A DNA stretch of 64,000 nucleotides from an uncultured Thiotrichales bacterium (GCA_964620675.1 CAZUJU010000001.1:51576-115575); one strand, 5' to 3'; numbered from the stretch's first letter, positions 30,893 through 41,119 are shown. The notes: generated from the sequence alone by a model not told the origin. Translations and numbers: made by a program.

Positions 30893-31240
30893 CGGCCCGA
30901 CTTGGGGATTCGGGCCATCCCGCTCAGGGAGGATAGCGGGAAGCGCTGGGCTTAAGCGCTTATTGCGTTAGTGAGATTAGCACGGTTTTCGTTCCATTTG
31001 AAGTTCAAACTTAAACACAAGGAACCAGATCACAAAAAACATGCCGCCGTTTATCGATGATTTGCTTAATTTCGTCGGAATCTGCGATTTATCTCGTATC
31101 CACCCCTGAACGACCGAGCGCCGAGTGGGCGCTGCGGGATTTGGCAGAGGCAACCCGACGCGCGCCAGATCCGTAGAGCCGCAGCTTCAAGCCTTCCTCG
31201 ATGATGCTGTGACGCCCGGCTCACTCAGCACGGCACTGGG

Positions 31241-33949
31241 TCAATGCGCCTCGTCCCAATTGGCACCGACGCCCGACTCAACGACTAACGGCACGCGAAG
31301 CTCGACAACCTCTTGCATCGCCGCGGTGATTGCTGTCGCGACTTGCGCGATAGCCCCTTCCGCGACCTCTACGACCAACTCATCATGCACCTGCATGATC
31401 ATCGCCGCCGGCGCCGCGGTTGAGCGTAACCACGAATCGGTCGCGATCATGGCGCGCTTGATGATGTCGGCGGCCGTGCCCTGCATGGGCGCGTTGATCG
31501 CGGTGCGCTCGGCGTATTGTCGGCGCTGGGCATTGCGCGAGCGTATTTCGGGCACATACAGGCGCCGCCCGAACAGCGTTTCCACGTAGCCTTGCTCGCG
31601 CGCCCGGACCCGCGTGTCCTCCATATAGGCCTTGACGCCCGGATAGCGCGAAAAATAGAGATCGATATAGTGTTGGGCCTCGTTACGCCCGACGCCGAGT
31701 TGGCGCGCGAGACCGAATGCGGACATGCCGTAGATCAGGCCAAAGTTGATCGCCTTGGCGGCGCGGCGACGCCCGGCGTCGACCTCGGCGACGGGAAGCC
31801 CGAAGACCTCGGCGGCGGTGGCGCGGTGAATGTCGCGCCCCTCAGCGAAGGCGCGCAGGAGCCCCGCGTCGGCGGACAAATGCGCCATGATGCGCAATTC
31901 GATCTGTGAATAGTCGAGCGCCAGAATGCGAAACCCTTCCGGAGCGATGAAGGCGTGGCGAATCTTGCGCCCCTCCTCGGTGCGAATCGGGATGTTTTGC
32001 AGGTTCGGCTCCGAGGAGGAAAGCCTGCCGGTCGAAGCCACCGCCTGGTGATAGGAGGTGTGCACCCGCCCAGTGGCACGATTGATTTGTTGCGGCAGGC
32101 GGTCGGTGTAAGTGGATTTGAGTTTGCTCAGACTGCGGTGTTCAAGCACCAGCCGTGGCAGCGCATAATCCGCCGCGAGCTCCTGCAATACATCCTCGGC
32201 CGTCGAAGCTTGTCCGGTCGGGGTCTTGCTCAGGATGGGCAACTGCAGTTTGTCGAACAGGATTTCCTGAAGCTGCTTCGGAGAAGCGAGATTGAATTCG
32301 GTTCCGGCCTCGCGGTGGGCCTCAGATTCGAGCTCGGCCATCCGGCGAGCCAATTCGACCCCCTGCCGCGCGAGCGCAACCGAATCGATGCACACCCCTT
32401 TCCGCTCGATGCGCGAAAGGACGCCGATCAGCGGTATCTCGATTTGCTCATAGAGCGCACGCAGGCGCGCTTCCTGCTCCAGCCGCGGCCAGAAGTGCTG
32501 GTGCAAGCGCAGGGTAACATCGGCATCTTCCGCCGCGTAAGGCGTGGCCTCCTCCAGCGGGACCTGATCGAAAGTCTTTTGCTTGCTTCCCTTGCCGGCG
32601 ACGTCTTCGAAATGAATCGTCCGGTGCTGCAGATATTTTTCGCTCAGGGTGTCCATGTCGTGGCGACTGGCGGTCGAATTCAACACATACGACTCGAGCA
32701 TGGTGTCGTGCTGCACGCCGGCGAGGGCGATCCCGTGGTTGGCCAACACGCTTTGGTCGTACTTCAAATTGTGTCCGACCTTGGCTCGCGCTGGATCCTC
32801 AAGTAACGGTCGTAATCGCTCCAGCGTCGTGTCGCGATCGAGCTGAGCCGGCGCCCCGAGATAGTTGTGGTCCAATGGCAAGTACGCGGCTTCGTCGGGA
32901 GCGATCGCGAAGGACAAACCCACGATTCGCGCATCGATATACGAAAGCGAGGTCGTCTCGGTATCCAGCGCGAACAACGGTGCGCGTTCGAGACGTTCGA
33001 TCCATGCTTCAAACTCCGCGTCGGTGAGAATTGTCGTGTAGGGGCCGTAGCCGAGCTCGGCGGCGCTCGCCGGTGTCGCCGCATCCGAATCCGACGGCAT
33101 CTCCAGTTCATTCAGCCAGGTTCGAAACTCTAGCTTGCGGTACAGCTCGCGCAGTCGCTCCGGGTCCGGTGCGCGCAGCGCGAGATCGTCGGCATCCGGC
33201 GGTAGACTGAGATCTCGCGCGACGGTGACCAACTGCTGTGACAGCGGTAAGCGCGTCAGCGCAGCACGCAGACGGTCGCCGATCTTGCCCTTAATCTCGT
33301 CGGCACAATCCGCGATCGCGGCCAGCGAGCCGTACTTCTCCAACCACTTGGCCGCAGTTTTCGGCCCGACCCCATCGACCCCCGGCACGTTATCGACCTT
33401 GTCTCCGATCAAGGCGAGATAGTCGACGATCTGGTCGGGCGACACGCCGAATTTCGCGCGTACGCCGGCGGGATCAAGCAACGCATCGGTCATCGTATTG
33501 ATCAAGCGCACACGGTCGTCGACGATTTGCGCGAGATCCTTGTCGCCGGTGGAGATCAGCACCGCTTCGCCGCGCTCACTTGCACGGCGAGCCAGCGTCG
33601 CGATCACGTCGTCGGCCTCGACACCCGGTTCCCGCAAGAGCGGCAGGCCCATCGCCGCAACCCATTCGTGGAGTGGCTCGATCTGGCGCGCAAGCTCGTC
33701 GGGCATCGGTGGCCGGGTCGCCTTGTACGCCGGATAGAGTTCGTCGCGAAAGGTCTTGCCCTTGGCGTCAAACACGACCGCCATTCGGGTGGGACGGTAC
33801 TCCCGAATCAATTTCCTGATCATGTTTGCAACGCCATAGACGGCGCCGGTCGGCTGGCCCTCCGCCGTCGTCAACGGCGGCAACGCGTGAAACGCTCGAT
33901 AAAGATACGACGAGCCATCGACCAGGATTAGCGGGGGCGTTTCAGACAT
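31241..33949 (-). CDS. polA: DNA polymerase I.
   Basis: 902 aa with 5'-3' exonuclease (LILVDGSSYLYRAFHA), 3'-5' exonuclease and polymerase domains (motif A DYSQIELR, motif B RRAAKAINFGLIYG, motif C VHDELV). Confidence 0.95.
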   Translation of the reverse strand: MSETPPLILVDGSSYLYRAFHALPPLTTAEGQPTGAVYGVANMIRKLIREYRPTRMAVVFDAKGKTFRDELYPAYKATRPPMPDELARQIEPLHEWVAAMGLPLLREPGVEADDVIATLARRASERGEAVLISTGDKDLAQIVDDRVRLINTMTDALLDPAGVRAKFGVSPDQIVDYLALIGDKVDNVPGVDGVGPKTAAKWLEKYGSLAAIADCADEIKGKIGDRLRAALTRLPLSQQLVTVARDLSLPPDADDLALRAPDPERLRELYRKLEFRTWLNELEMPSDSDAATPASAAELGYGPYTTILTDAEFEAWIERLERAPLFALDTETTSLSYIDARIVGLSFAIAPDEAAYLPLDHNYLGAPAQLDRDTTLERLRPLLEDPARAKVGHNLKYDQSVLANHGIALAGVQHDTMLESYVLNSTASRHDMDTLSEKYLQHRTIHFEDVAGKGSKQKTFDQVPLEEATPYAAEDADVTLRLHQHFWPRLEQEARLRALYEQIEIPLIGVLSRIERKGVCIDSVALARQGVELARRMAELESEAHREAGTEFNLASPKQLQEILFDKLQLPILSKTPTGQASTAEDVLQELAADYALPRLVLEHRSLSKLKSTYTDRLPQQINRATGRVHTSYHQAVASTGRLSSSEPNLQNIPIRTEEGRKIRHAFIAPEGFRILALDYSQIELRIMAHLSADAGLLRAFAEGRDIHRATAAEVFGLPVAEVDAGRRRAAKAINFGLIYGMSAFGLARQLGVGRNEAQHYIDLYFSRYPGVKAYMEDTRVRAREQGYVETLFGRRLYVPEIRSRNAQRRQYAERTAINAPMQGTAADIIKRAMIATDSWLRSTAAPAAMIMQVHDELVVEVAEGAIAQVATAITAAMQEVVELRVPLVVESGVGANWDEAH

Positions 33950-34078
33950 GGACTACCTCATGCGGTCGGGCGAGCCGCCACTCGCAGCGGTGCTGCGCCA
34001 GCGGGCTTCGACCCGCGTGTTTTCGCGGATGTGGCCCTTATGGTACAACGGTCGACCCACGAGACAGGAACGGAATGC

Positions 34079-34804
34079 ATGAATCACCACACGCGCGGCT
34101 CGCACCCGGTCATGCTGCCGGTCGACGAACAACAGCTCACTCGCGAAAGTTGGAAAATCTTTCAGATCATGGGTGAATTTGTTGAGGGATTCGAGCGTTT
34201 GGCCCGGATCAAGCCATCGGTCAGTATTTTCGGATCCGCCCGCACGCCGCCTGAGGATCCGGTCTATCAACTCGCTGAAGAAATCGCGTTTCAACTCTCG
34301 GAAGCGGGCTTTGCTGTCGTGAGCGGCGGCGGTCCCGGGATCATGGAGGCCGCCAACAAAGGTGCCAAGCGCGGGCGCTCGCCGAGTGTGGGGCTTAATA
34401 TCCAGTTACCGCACGAACAAGTGGGGAACGATTATCAGGATATCGCACTGAGTTTCCGCCATTTTTTCTCACGCAAGGTCATGTTCGTCAAATATGCTTC
34501 GGCCTATGTAGTGCTCCCCGGCGGGTTTGGCACGCTCGACGAACTGGCGGAGATTCTGACCCTCGTACAAACCGGCAAATCGCGGCGCATCCCGATTATC
34601 CTGGTCCATCGGCCGTTCTGGGAGGGCTTGCTGGACTGGTTCGAGACTACGCTCGCGGCCGAAGGTAAGATCTCACCCGACGATTTGCGGCTGTTCAAGG
34701 TTATCGACGATCCCCAGGAAGTCATCGACGCTATTTTTGACTACTACGAAAAACGTGGGTTTGAGCCGACTGCGACGGAGCGAGCCAAGTTGATGGAGTT
34801 GTAG
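34079..34804 (+). CDS. LOG family protein (TIGR00730; cytokinin riboside 5'-monophosphate phosphoribohydrolase-like).
   Basis: PGGFGTLDELAEILTL and GGGPGIMEA motifs. ATG at 34079 with an AGGA RBS. Confidence 0.75.
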   Translation: MNHHTRGSHPVMLPVDEQQLTRESWKIFQIMGEFVEGFERLARIKPSVSIFGSARTPPEDPVYQLAEEIAFQLSEAGFAVVSGGGPGIMEAANKGAKRGRSPSVGLNIQLPHEQVGNDYQDIALSFRHFFSRKVMFVKYASAYVVLPGGFGTLDELAEILTLVQTGKSRRIPIILVHRPFWEGLLDWFETTLAAEGKISPDDLRLFKVIDDPQEVIDAIFDYYEKRGFEPTATERAKLMEL

Positions 34805-35023
34805 CCCAAGCGGATCGGCGACGCGATTATTGTTCGCAATGCCGTGGCCAAGGCGGCCGCCACCTCGCGCTGGATCGTTCAACCGATGCGCGACTGCTGC
34901 GGACCCTTGCCGGCACGAAGGGGGTCGGGCAAGATGACGACATCACAAATAACGTAGGTGTTACACCCCAGCGGCGAGCGCCCCACGACATCGCACCATT
35001 TAGATGCATGGCGCCCACGGAAA

Positions 35024-35107
35024 GCACTAATTTAGTGCACTCTGGACGCCACTTAACATCTCGTCAACCGCGAATGCGTCGTCTGTCAAGGTGGCATGGG
35101 AAATGCT
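35024..35107 (+). promoter_or_regulatory. glnA control region: an NtrC-type enhancer palindrome and a sigma54 (-24/-12) promoter.
   Basis: AGCACTAatttAGTGCA at about 35023-35039 fits TGCACYA-N3-TRGTGCA. TGGCAT-gggaa-ATGCT at about 35092-35107 fits TGGCAC-N5-TTGCW with exact GG/GC spacing, about 95 nt upstream of the glnA ATG. Confidence 0.5.
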
Positions 35108-35203
35108 AAGCAACGCAGCGTGATGCCTTTAAACGACCGCACAGGTGAATGGGATCCATTCGCTTGCGTCAAACCCTTGATCGTTCAATCCCGGAGGAAA
35201 AGC

Positions 35204-36613
35204 ATGTCACCGAGTGACGTTTTGAAAATGATGCAGGAAAAGCAGGTGAAGTACGTCGACCTGCGCTTCACCGACACGCGCGGCAAGGAGCAGCACGTCA
35301 CGCTGCCTGCCAGCCAAGTCGATGACTCGTTCTTCGAAGACGGCAAGATGTTTGATGGATCTTCGATTGGGGGCTGGAAGGGCATCAATGAGTCGGACAT
35401 GATTCTGATGCCGGAAGCGAGCAGCGCGATCATGGATCCGTTCTTTCAGGATCCAACGTTGATCGTCCGCTGCGACATCATCGAACCCACCACAATGCAG
35501 GGTTACGAGCGGGATCCGCGCTCGGTCGCCAAGCGCGCCGAGGAATACCTCAAGTCCACCGGCATCGCGGACACCGCCTATTTCGGCCCCGAGCCGGAAT
35601 TTTTCGTGTTCGACGACGTGCGCTGGGGCGCGACGATGAAAGGCTCATTCTGCGAGATTGACTCGGACGAAGCGGGCTGGAACTCCGAAAAGGTGTTCGA
35701 GGGCGGCAACATCGGCCACCGCCCAACCACCAAGGGCGGGTATTTCCCAGTTCCTCCGGTAGATTCGCTGCAGGATCTGCGCTCAGCGATGTGCGATACC
35801 CTCGAAGAGATGGGCGTTCCCGTCGAAGTTCATCACCATGAGGTCGCAACCGCAGGTCAGTGCGAGATCGGCACCCGTTTTTCGACGCTCGTTGAGCGAG
35901 CCGACTGGACCCAGGTACAAAAATACGTCATCCAAAACGTCGCCCACCAATGGGGCAAGACGGTTACCTTCATGCCGAAACCGCTGGTTGGCGACAACGG
36001 CAGCGGGATGCACGTGCACCAATCGCTCGCGAAAGGTGGCCAGAACCTGTTTGCCGGCGACCTCTACGGCGGATTATCGGACATCGCATTGTTCTATATC
36101 GGCGGTATCATCAAGCACGCCAAGGCGTTGAACGCGTTCTGCAACGCCTCGACCAACAGCTACAAGCGCTTGGTGCCGGGCTTCGAAGCCCCCGTCATGC
36201 TCGCTTATTCGGCACGTAACCGTTCCGCATCGATCCGCATCCCGTGGGTATCCAGTCCGAAAGGCCGCCGAATCGAAGTGCGCTTCCCGGACAGCACCGC
36301 CAACCCGTATCTCGCATTCGCCGCCATGATGATGGCAGGGCTTGACGGTATCCAAAATAAAATCCACCCTGGCGAGGCGATGGACAAGGATCTCTATGAT
36401 CTGCCGGCGGAAGAAGAGAAGAAAATCCCGCAGGTGTGCCACTCCCTCGACATGGCGCTCGACGCGCTCGACCGCGACCGCGAGTTTCTCAAGGCCGGTG
36501 GTGTGTTTACCGACGACATGATTGATGCGTATATCGACCTTAAAATGCAGGATGTCACCCGAATCCGCATGACTACCCACCCGGTCGAGTTTGACATGTA
36601 CTATAGCCTCTGA
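35204..36613 (+). CDS. glnA: Glutamine synthetase type I.
   Basis: 469 aa. Conserved GSI blocks, including the adenylylation-site region (...NLYDLP...) and the Mn/ATP-binding motifs. ATG at 35204 after a GGAGG RBS. Confidence 0.95.
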   Translation: MSPSDVLKMMQEKQVKYVDLRFTDTRGKEQHVTLPASQVDDSFFEDGKMFDGSSIGGWKGINESDMILMPEASSAIMDPFFQDPTLIVRCDIIEPTTMQGYERDPRSVAKRAEEYLKSTGIADTAYFGPEPEFFVFDDVRWGATMKGSFCEIDSDEAGWNSEKVFEGGNIGHRPTTKGGYFPVPPVDSLQDLRSAMCDTLEEMGVPVEVHHHEVATAGQCEIGTRFSTLVERADWTQVQKYVIQNVAHQWGKTVTFMPKPLVGDNGSGMHVHQSLAKGGQNLFAGDLYGGLSDIALFYIGGIIKHAKALNAFCNASTNSYKRLVPGFEAPVMLAYSARNRSASIRIPWVSSPKGRRIEVRFPDSTANPYLAFAAMMMAGLDGIQNKIHPGEAMDKDLYDLPAEEEKKIPQVCHSLDMALDALDRDREFLKAGGVFTDDMIDAYIDLKMQDVTRIRMTTHPVEFDMYYSL

Positions 36614-36648
36614 TCGGGGCTCGCGTACCCTTGGTAGCGTCTATCAAA

Positions 36649-36679
36649 CCCCCGCCACCGGCGGGGGTTTTTGTTTTTG
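36649..36679 (+). terminator. Rho-independent terminator of glnA.
   Basis: CCCCCGCC-acc-GGCGGGGG followed by TTTTTGTTTTT. Confidence 0.8.
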
Positions 36680-36711
36680 CGCACAGCCATCGTTTTCGGT
36701 AGATTGCGTCT

Positions 36712-37242
36712 ATGCGTACGCTCATGATCGTCTGCTTGCTCGCTGTGACCTGCCTGGGCCACGCGGAAATCTATCGCTGGAAGGATAAGAGCGGCAATAT
36801 CATCTTTTCCGATCAGCCGCCGCCTGGGCAAAAATCCGAGAAATTCCAAATCACCGCGCCGAATGTTTCCTCGCGCACCGAGTCGCCCTCAACAACCTCA
36901 TCGAATGGAAGCAACACCCCCGAATCGCCGGACGGTGGCGGCTATGAAACGCTACAGATATTGACCCCCAAGCCCGACGAGTCGATCCGCGCCAACAACG
37001 GGATCGTGGACGTGAGCATTTCGCTGACGCCGTCCTTACAAGTCGAACTCGGTCACCGGTTTCGCGTCGTCGTTGATGGCCATCCGGTCCGGGAAGGCGT
37101 CAGCCCTTATGTGGTGCTTGACAATGTCGAACGTGGCACCCACACGGTGCAGGTAATGGTAATTACTCGTGAAGGCGATGTCCTCAAGGAATCATCGTCG
37201 CTTCAGTTTCATATCCAACGCTTTAGTCAAATTAAACCCTGA
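36712..37242 (+). CDS. DUF4124 domain protein, secreted.
   Basis: Signal peptide then EIYRWKDKSGNIIFSDQPPPG (DUF4124 signature). Sits between glnA and ntrB. Confidence 0.6.
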   Translation: MRTLMIVCLLAVTCLGHAEIYRWKDKSGNIIFSDQPPPGQKSEKFQITAPNVSSRTESPSTTSSNGSNTPESPDGGGYETLQILTPKPDESIRANNGIVDVSISLTPSLQVELGHRFRVVVDGHPVREGVSPYVVLDNVERGTHTVQVMVITREGDVLKESSSLQFHIQRFSQIKP

Positions 37243-37459
37243 ACCCGCCGCTACTCCCCGACCGACGCGGCTACCCTCGCACGCGCTGAAGCGCCTTGGT
37301 TCGCGCGCACTAATAGCGCCTGTTATCCTCGATTCCCAAGCGCACCATTCCGGTGCGCCCAAACCATCGAGCAGATACCCGAGATGACCGTCGCGCGTGA
37401 ATTTACCGCGCGTTGCCGTGCATCGACGTTATGGCACCCATATTGCTAGGTTAAATGTC

Positions 37460-38518
37460 ATGGTCGATCTACCCGCCGATACCCATCTTATCCTGGAGCA
37501 CATGGACACCGCCGTGATGCTCCTAGACCCGCGGCTCGGCATCGTATATTTGAATCCAGCCGGGGAGATGCTGCTGGAAAAAAGCCTTAAGCGAATCCGC
37601 AATCGTAAGCTGACGGCGATTTGTCCGACACAACGAGGATTGATCGACCTGATCCAGTCGGCAGTTCGTGAAGGCGCGCCAATCAGCCGTCGCGAACTTC
37701 CCCTTCGGCTCCCATCGGGTCGCGAGGTAATCGTCAACCTGACCTGCACACCGATCAGCGAAGGCGGGGCGTTGATTGAGATTCAACAAATTGCACGACT
37801 ACTGAATATTTCTCAGGACGAGGTGCGGCAGAAGGAGTATGCCGCGCTGCGCCAGCTCGCGCGGGGTTTGGCGCATGAAGTCAAAAACCCCCTCGGCGGC
37901 ATTCGCGGAGCGGCGCAGTTGCTGCAAGCGGAGCTTGAAAATCCTGAACTCCACGAGTACACCCAAGTCATCATCTCGGAAACGGATCGCCTTCAGATAT
38001 TGATCGACCGAATCCTCGGCCCGCGCCGGCCGCCCAACAAACAACGGCTCAGCATTCACGAAGTCACCGAACACGTCCGTCGCTTACTCCAGGCCGAGGC
38101 CGATCGCCATGTCCTCATCACGCGCGATTACGATCCGAGTCTTCCCGAACTCCGGGCCGATCGCGACCAGTTGATACAAGCGGTGCTCAACATCGCCCGC
38201 AACGCGCTGGAAGCACTGGGTAAGAGCGGAGGCACGATCGTGCTGCGGACGCGGGTTTCGCGCCACTATACGATTGACGGTACCTGCCATCCGTTGGTGG
38301 TACGGTTGGAGATCGAAGACGACGGCCCGGGTATCCCCGATTCACTTCAGCCACAGATCTTTTTCCCGATGGTGACGAATAAAGCGAATGGATCGGGACT
38401 CGGGCTCTCCATTGCGGAATCGCTGATCAGCGGCCACGGCGGGCTGATCAAATTTCACTCCGAGCCCGGAAAAACGGTTTTTGAAATTCTAATTCCATTC
38501 GAGAACACCCATGAATGA
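37460..38518 (+). CDS. ntrB: Nitrogen regulation sensor histidine kinase NtrB.
   Basis: N-terminal PAS domain aligning with E. coli NtrB, H-box LAHEVKNPLGGIRGAAQLL, and N, G1 and G2 boxes. ATG at 37460; the track start at 37397 is GTG. Confidence 0.85.
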   Translation: MVDLPADTHLILEHMDTAVMLLDPRLGIVYLNPAGEMLLEKSLKRIRNRKLTAICPTQRGLIDLIQSAVREGAPISRRELPLRLPSGREVIVNLTCTPISEGGALIEIQQIARLLNISQDEVRQKEYAALRQLARGLAHEVKNPLGGIRGAAQLLQAELENPELHEYTQVIISETDRLQILIDRILGPRRPPNKQRLSIHEVTEHVRRLLQAEADRHVLITRDYDPSLPELRADRDQLIQAVLNIARNALEALGKSGGTIVLRTRVSRHYTIDGTCHPLVVRLEIEDDGPGIPDSLQPQIFFPMVTNKANGSGLGLSIAESLISGHGGLIKFHSEPGKTVFEILIPFENTHE

Positions 38519-39926
38519 ACGTGTTTGGGTCGTGGACGACGATCAAGCCATCCGCTGGGTGCTGGAGAAGGCGCTTCAAAAGGCCAAGCTTGGGGTGCGG
38601 ACCTTTTCCAACGCCAATGCTGTGCTCAAGGCCCTCGAACGCGAAGAACCGGACGCCTTGATCACCGACATTCGCATGCCGGAGATGGACGGCCTAGCCT
38701 TGCTTGAGCAGCTGCGAAAGCTCCATACCGCATTGCCCGTTATCGTGATGACGGCTCATTCCGATCTCGATAGCGCGGTTTCCGCGTATCAGGGCGGCGC
38801 ATTCGAATATCTCCCGAAACCGTTCGACATCAACGAGGCGATCACGCTCGTCAGACGAGCGTGCGCGACACGCAAGGAGCACGAACCCAAGGGGCGCGAC
38901 GCCCCGGAGCTAGCCTCGGACATCATCGGCGAATCCCCCGCGATGCAGGATGTGTTTCGCGCGATCGGGCGACTCAGCCATTCCAATATCAACGTCCTCA
39001 TCACTGGCGAGTCCGGCACCGGTAAGGAGCTGGTCGCTCAGGCGCTACATAAACACAGTCCACGCGCCGGTGCGCCTTTCATCGCGCTGAATATGGCCGC
39101 AATTCCGCGCGATCTACTCGAATCCGAGTTGTTCGGTCATGAGAAGGGTTCGTTTACCGGCGCCCATACTGGCCGTAAGGGCCGCTTTGAACAAGCGAAT
39201 CACGGCACCTTGTTCCTCGATGAAATTGGCGATATGCCCGCCGAGATGCAGACCCGCCTCCTACGGGTGCTGTCCGACGGGGTGTTCTACAAGGTCGGCG
39301 GGCACGAACCCATCCAGGTGGACGTGCGAATCGTCGCCGCCACCCACCAGAATCTCGACCGCCTGGTGCAACAGGGCTTATTTCGCGAGGATCTCTATCA
39401 TCGGCTCAACGTCATCAGAATCCAGCTTCCCCCCGTGCGCAAGCGGCGGGAGGACATCCCGCTGATGACGCGGTACTTTCTGATCCGAGCGGCACAGGAG
39501 CTTAAGGTTGAGGCAAAAACGATCCGACCCGAGGTGCTTGAGCACATGTCACACCTGGAATGGCCCGGCAATGTACGCCAACTGCAAAACACCTGCCGCT
39601 GGCTGACCGTGATGGCAGCCGGGCGCGAGATTATGTTTGAGGATCTGCCGCCTGATCTGCTCCAACAACGTGACGACAGCGTGGCGGTGGAAGCCAACTG
39701 GACCACACAACTGGAATCCTGGGCCAATCAGCGTATCGATAACGGGGCAGCGACCCTGCTCGACGAAGCCACTCCGTTGTTTGAAGAAACATTGATCCGG
39801 CTTGCTCTGCGGCATACCCACGGACGCCGCCAGGACGCCGCCCGCTTACTCGGCTGGGGCCGCAACACACTGACGCGAAAAATCAAGGAACTCGCGCTGA
39901 GTGATCTCGAAGGATCGGACGAATAG
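38511..39926 (+). CDS. ntrC: Sigma54-dependent response regulator NtrC.
   Basis: Receiver domain, AAA+ sigma54-interaction domain (GESGTGKE, GAFTGA motif present as GSFTGA) and a C-terminal Fis-type HTH. Confidence 0.9.
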   Translation: MNERVWVVDDDQAIRWVLEKALQKAKLGVRTFSNANAVLKALEREEPDALITDIRMPEMDGLALLEQLRKLHTALPVIVMTAHSDLDSAVSAYQGGAFEYLPKPFDINEAITLVRRACATRKEHEPKGRDAPELASDIIGESPAMQDVFRAIGRLSHSNINVLITGESGTGKELVAQALHKHSPRAGAPFIALNMAAIPRDLLESELFGHEKGSFTGAHTGRKGRFEQANHGTLFLDEIGDMPAEMQTRLLRVLSDGVFYKVGGHEPIQVDVRIVAATHQNLDRLVQQGLFREDLYHRLNVIRIQLPPVRKRREDIPLMTRYFLIRAAQELKVEAKTIRPEVLEHMSHLEWPGNVRQLQNTCRWLTVMAAGREIMFEDLPPDLLQQRDDSVAVEANWTTQLESWANQRIDNGAATLLDEATPLFEETLIRLALRHTHGRRQDAARLLGWGRNTLTRKIKELALSDLEGSDE

Positions 39927-40200
39927 GGAGTCCCGTCGGCGCCCAACGCAAACGCGTATTGCCGCTTCCAGGTATGGCCACAATTACCTGGGCTAGTGCC
40001 GCTTACGATTCGCTACCGTCGCGCGCCCGCCTGGATGCACCGTACTACCCGATGCCACAACTCAATGCTCGCGCGGGACGGCGCGCAGTAGAAAGAGAGA
40101 CACACGACCTAGCGTTCGCTACGGAATTCCACCACCGCAAAGGTTCGGTTAAGATTTTCTGCTGCTCGGGAATTCCGCGACGATGTTCGACCCAACCCGC

Positions 40201-40425
40201 CTAATTCGCGATCTTGGCGGCCTTGATAATCGGCGTGGGCGGCGGCGGAGCGGTGCGATAAGTAGGGATCGTCCATCCGGAGGATGGCGGTTTGCTCAGT
40301 TCGGCGAATTCGGTCGCGCTGATCGAACGCAGGACGGCGACGGTAGTCGCGAGTAAAACGAGCGCGAGAACGATGAAATGTAGCGCCCCCAAACGAATCT
40401 CATGCATTTTTTTCCACTTTCGCAT
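40201..40425 (-). CDS. Small hypothetical membrane protein (74 aa, one TM helix, Pro-rich C-terminus).
   Basis: ATG with an AGGA RBS at -12. Hydrophobic segment LGALHFIVLALVLLATTVAVL. No homolog recognised. Confidence 0.3.
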   Translation of the reverse strand: MRKWKKMHEIRLGALHFIVLALVLLATTVAVLRSISATEFAELSKPPSSGWTIPTYRTAPPPPTPIIKAAKIAN

Positions 40426-40536
40426 GGTTATTGTTCCTGATTAAATCGCCTCACGTGGGCTGAAGTTAGTACAGTTACGGTGGCACCGAAACCGCCAACG
40501 CAGGCTATCCGATCAACGGCTCTTCTTATCGACTGA

Positions 40537-41034
40537 ATGCTGAATATTGTCCTCTACCAACCGGAGATTCCCCCTAACACGGGCAACATTATGCGACTGG
40601 CCGCCAACTGCGGCGCGCGTCTCCACCTGATTCATCCGCTGGGGTTCGTACTGAGTGATCGAAATCTGCGTCGGGCCGGGTTGGATTACCGGGATTTGGC
40701 GCGCTGCGTGGAGCACCCGAGCTTCGACGACTTTATCGAACGGGAACAACCGACCCGCCTGTTCGCGTACTCAACGAAAGGCTCCACCCGGTACAGTGAA
40801 CAGCGTTACCTCGCCGGCGACTACCTTGTCTTCGGACCGGAAACGCGCGGGTTGCCAACATCGGTATTAACAGCGCCAAGCACTGCGGCGGTGCTACGAG
40901 TCCCGATGCGATCAGGCAGCCGCAGCCTCAACTTGTCGAATTGCGTGGCCATTGTGGTGTACGAGGCGTGGCGCCAACTTGACTTCGGCGTGGGAGCCGG
41001 CCCGTTTGATGGCGAAAATGGATCCACCCTTTGA
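40537..41034 (+). CDS. trmL: tRNA (cytidine/uridine-2'-O)-methyltransferase TrmL (SpoU class).
   Basis: MLNIVLYQPEIPPNTGNIMRLAANCGARLHLIHPLGF is canonical TrmL. 165 aa. Confidence 0.85.
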   Translation: MLNIVLYQPEIPPNTGNIMRLAANCGARLHLIHPLGFVLSDRNLRRAGLDYRDLARCVEHPSFDDFIEREQPTRLFAYSTKGSTRYSEQRYLAGDYLVFGPETRGLPTSVLTAPSTAAVLRVPMRSGSRSLNLSNCVAIVVYEAWRQLDFGVGAGPFDGENGSTL

Positions 41035-41119
41035 AGTGTAGCCGGGGGACTCGGAAGTGGCGCGCCCGAACGGCTTAGACGTGCCGGCGACAGTGGGGCT
41101 AAATCGGGGACCGTGGAGA

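Noticed and set aside
39959-40204. 81-aa plus-strand ORF downstream of ntrC.
   Set aside because: No RBS, non-ATG context, composition typical of a random GC-rich frame, and it overlaps the spacer with inverted repeats. Not supportable as a gene.
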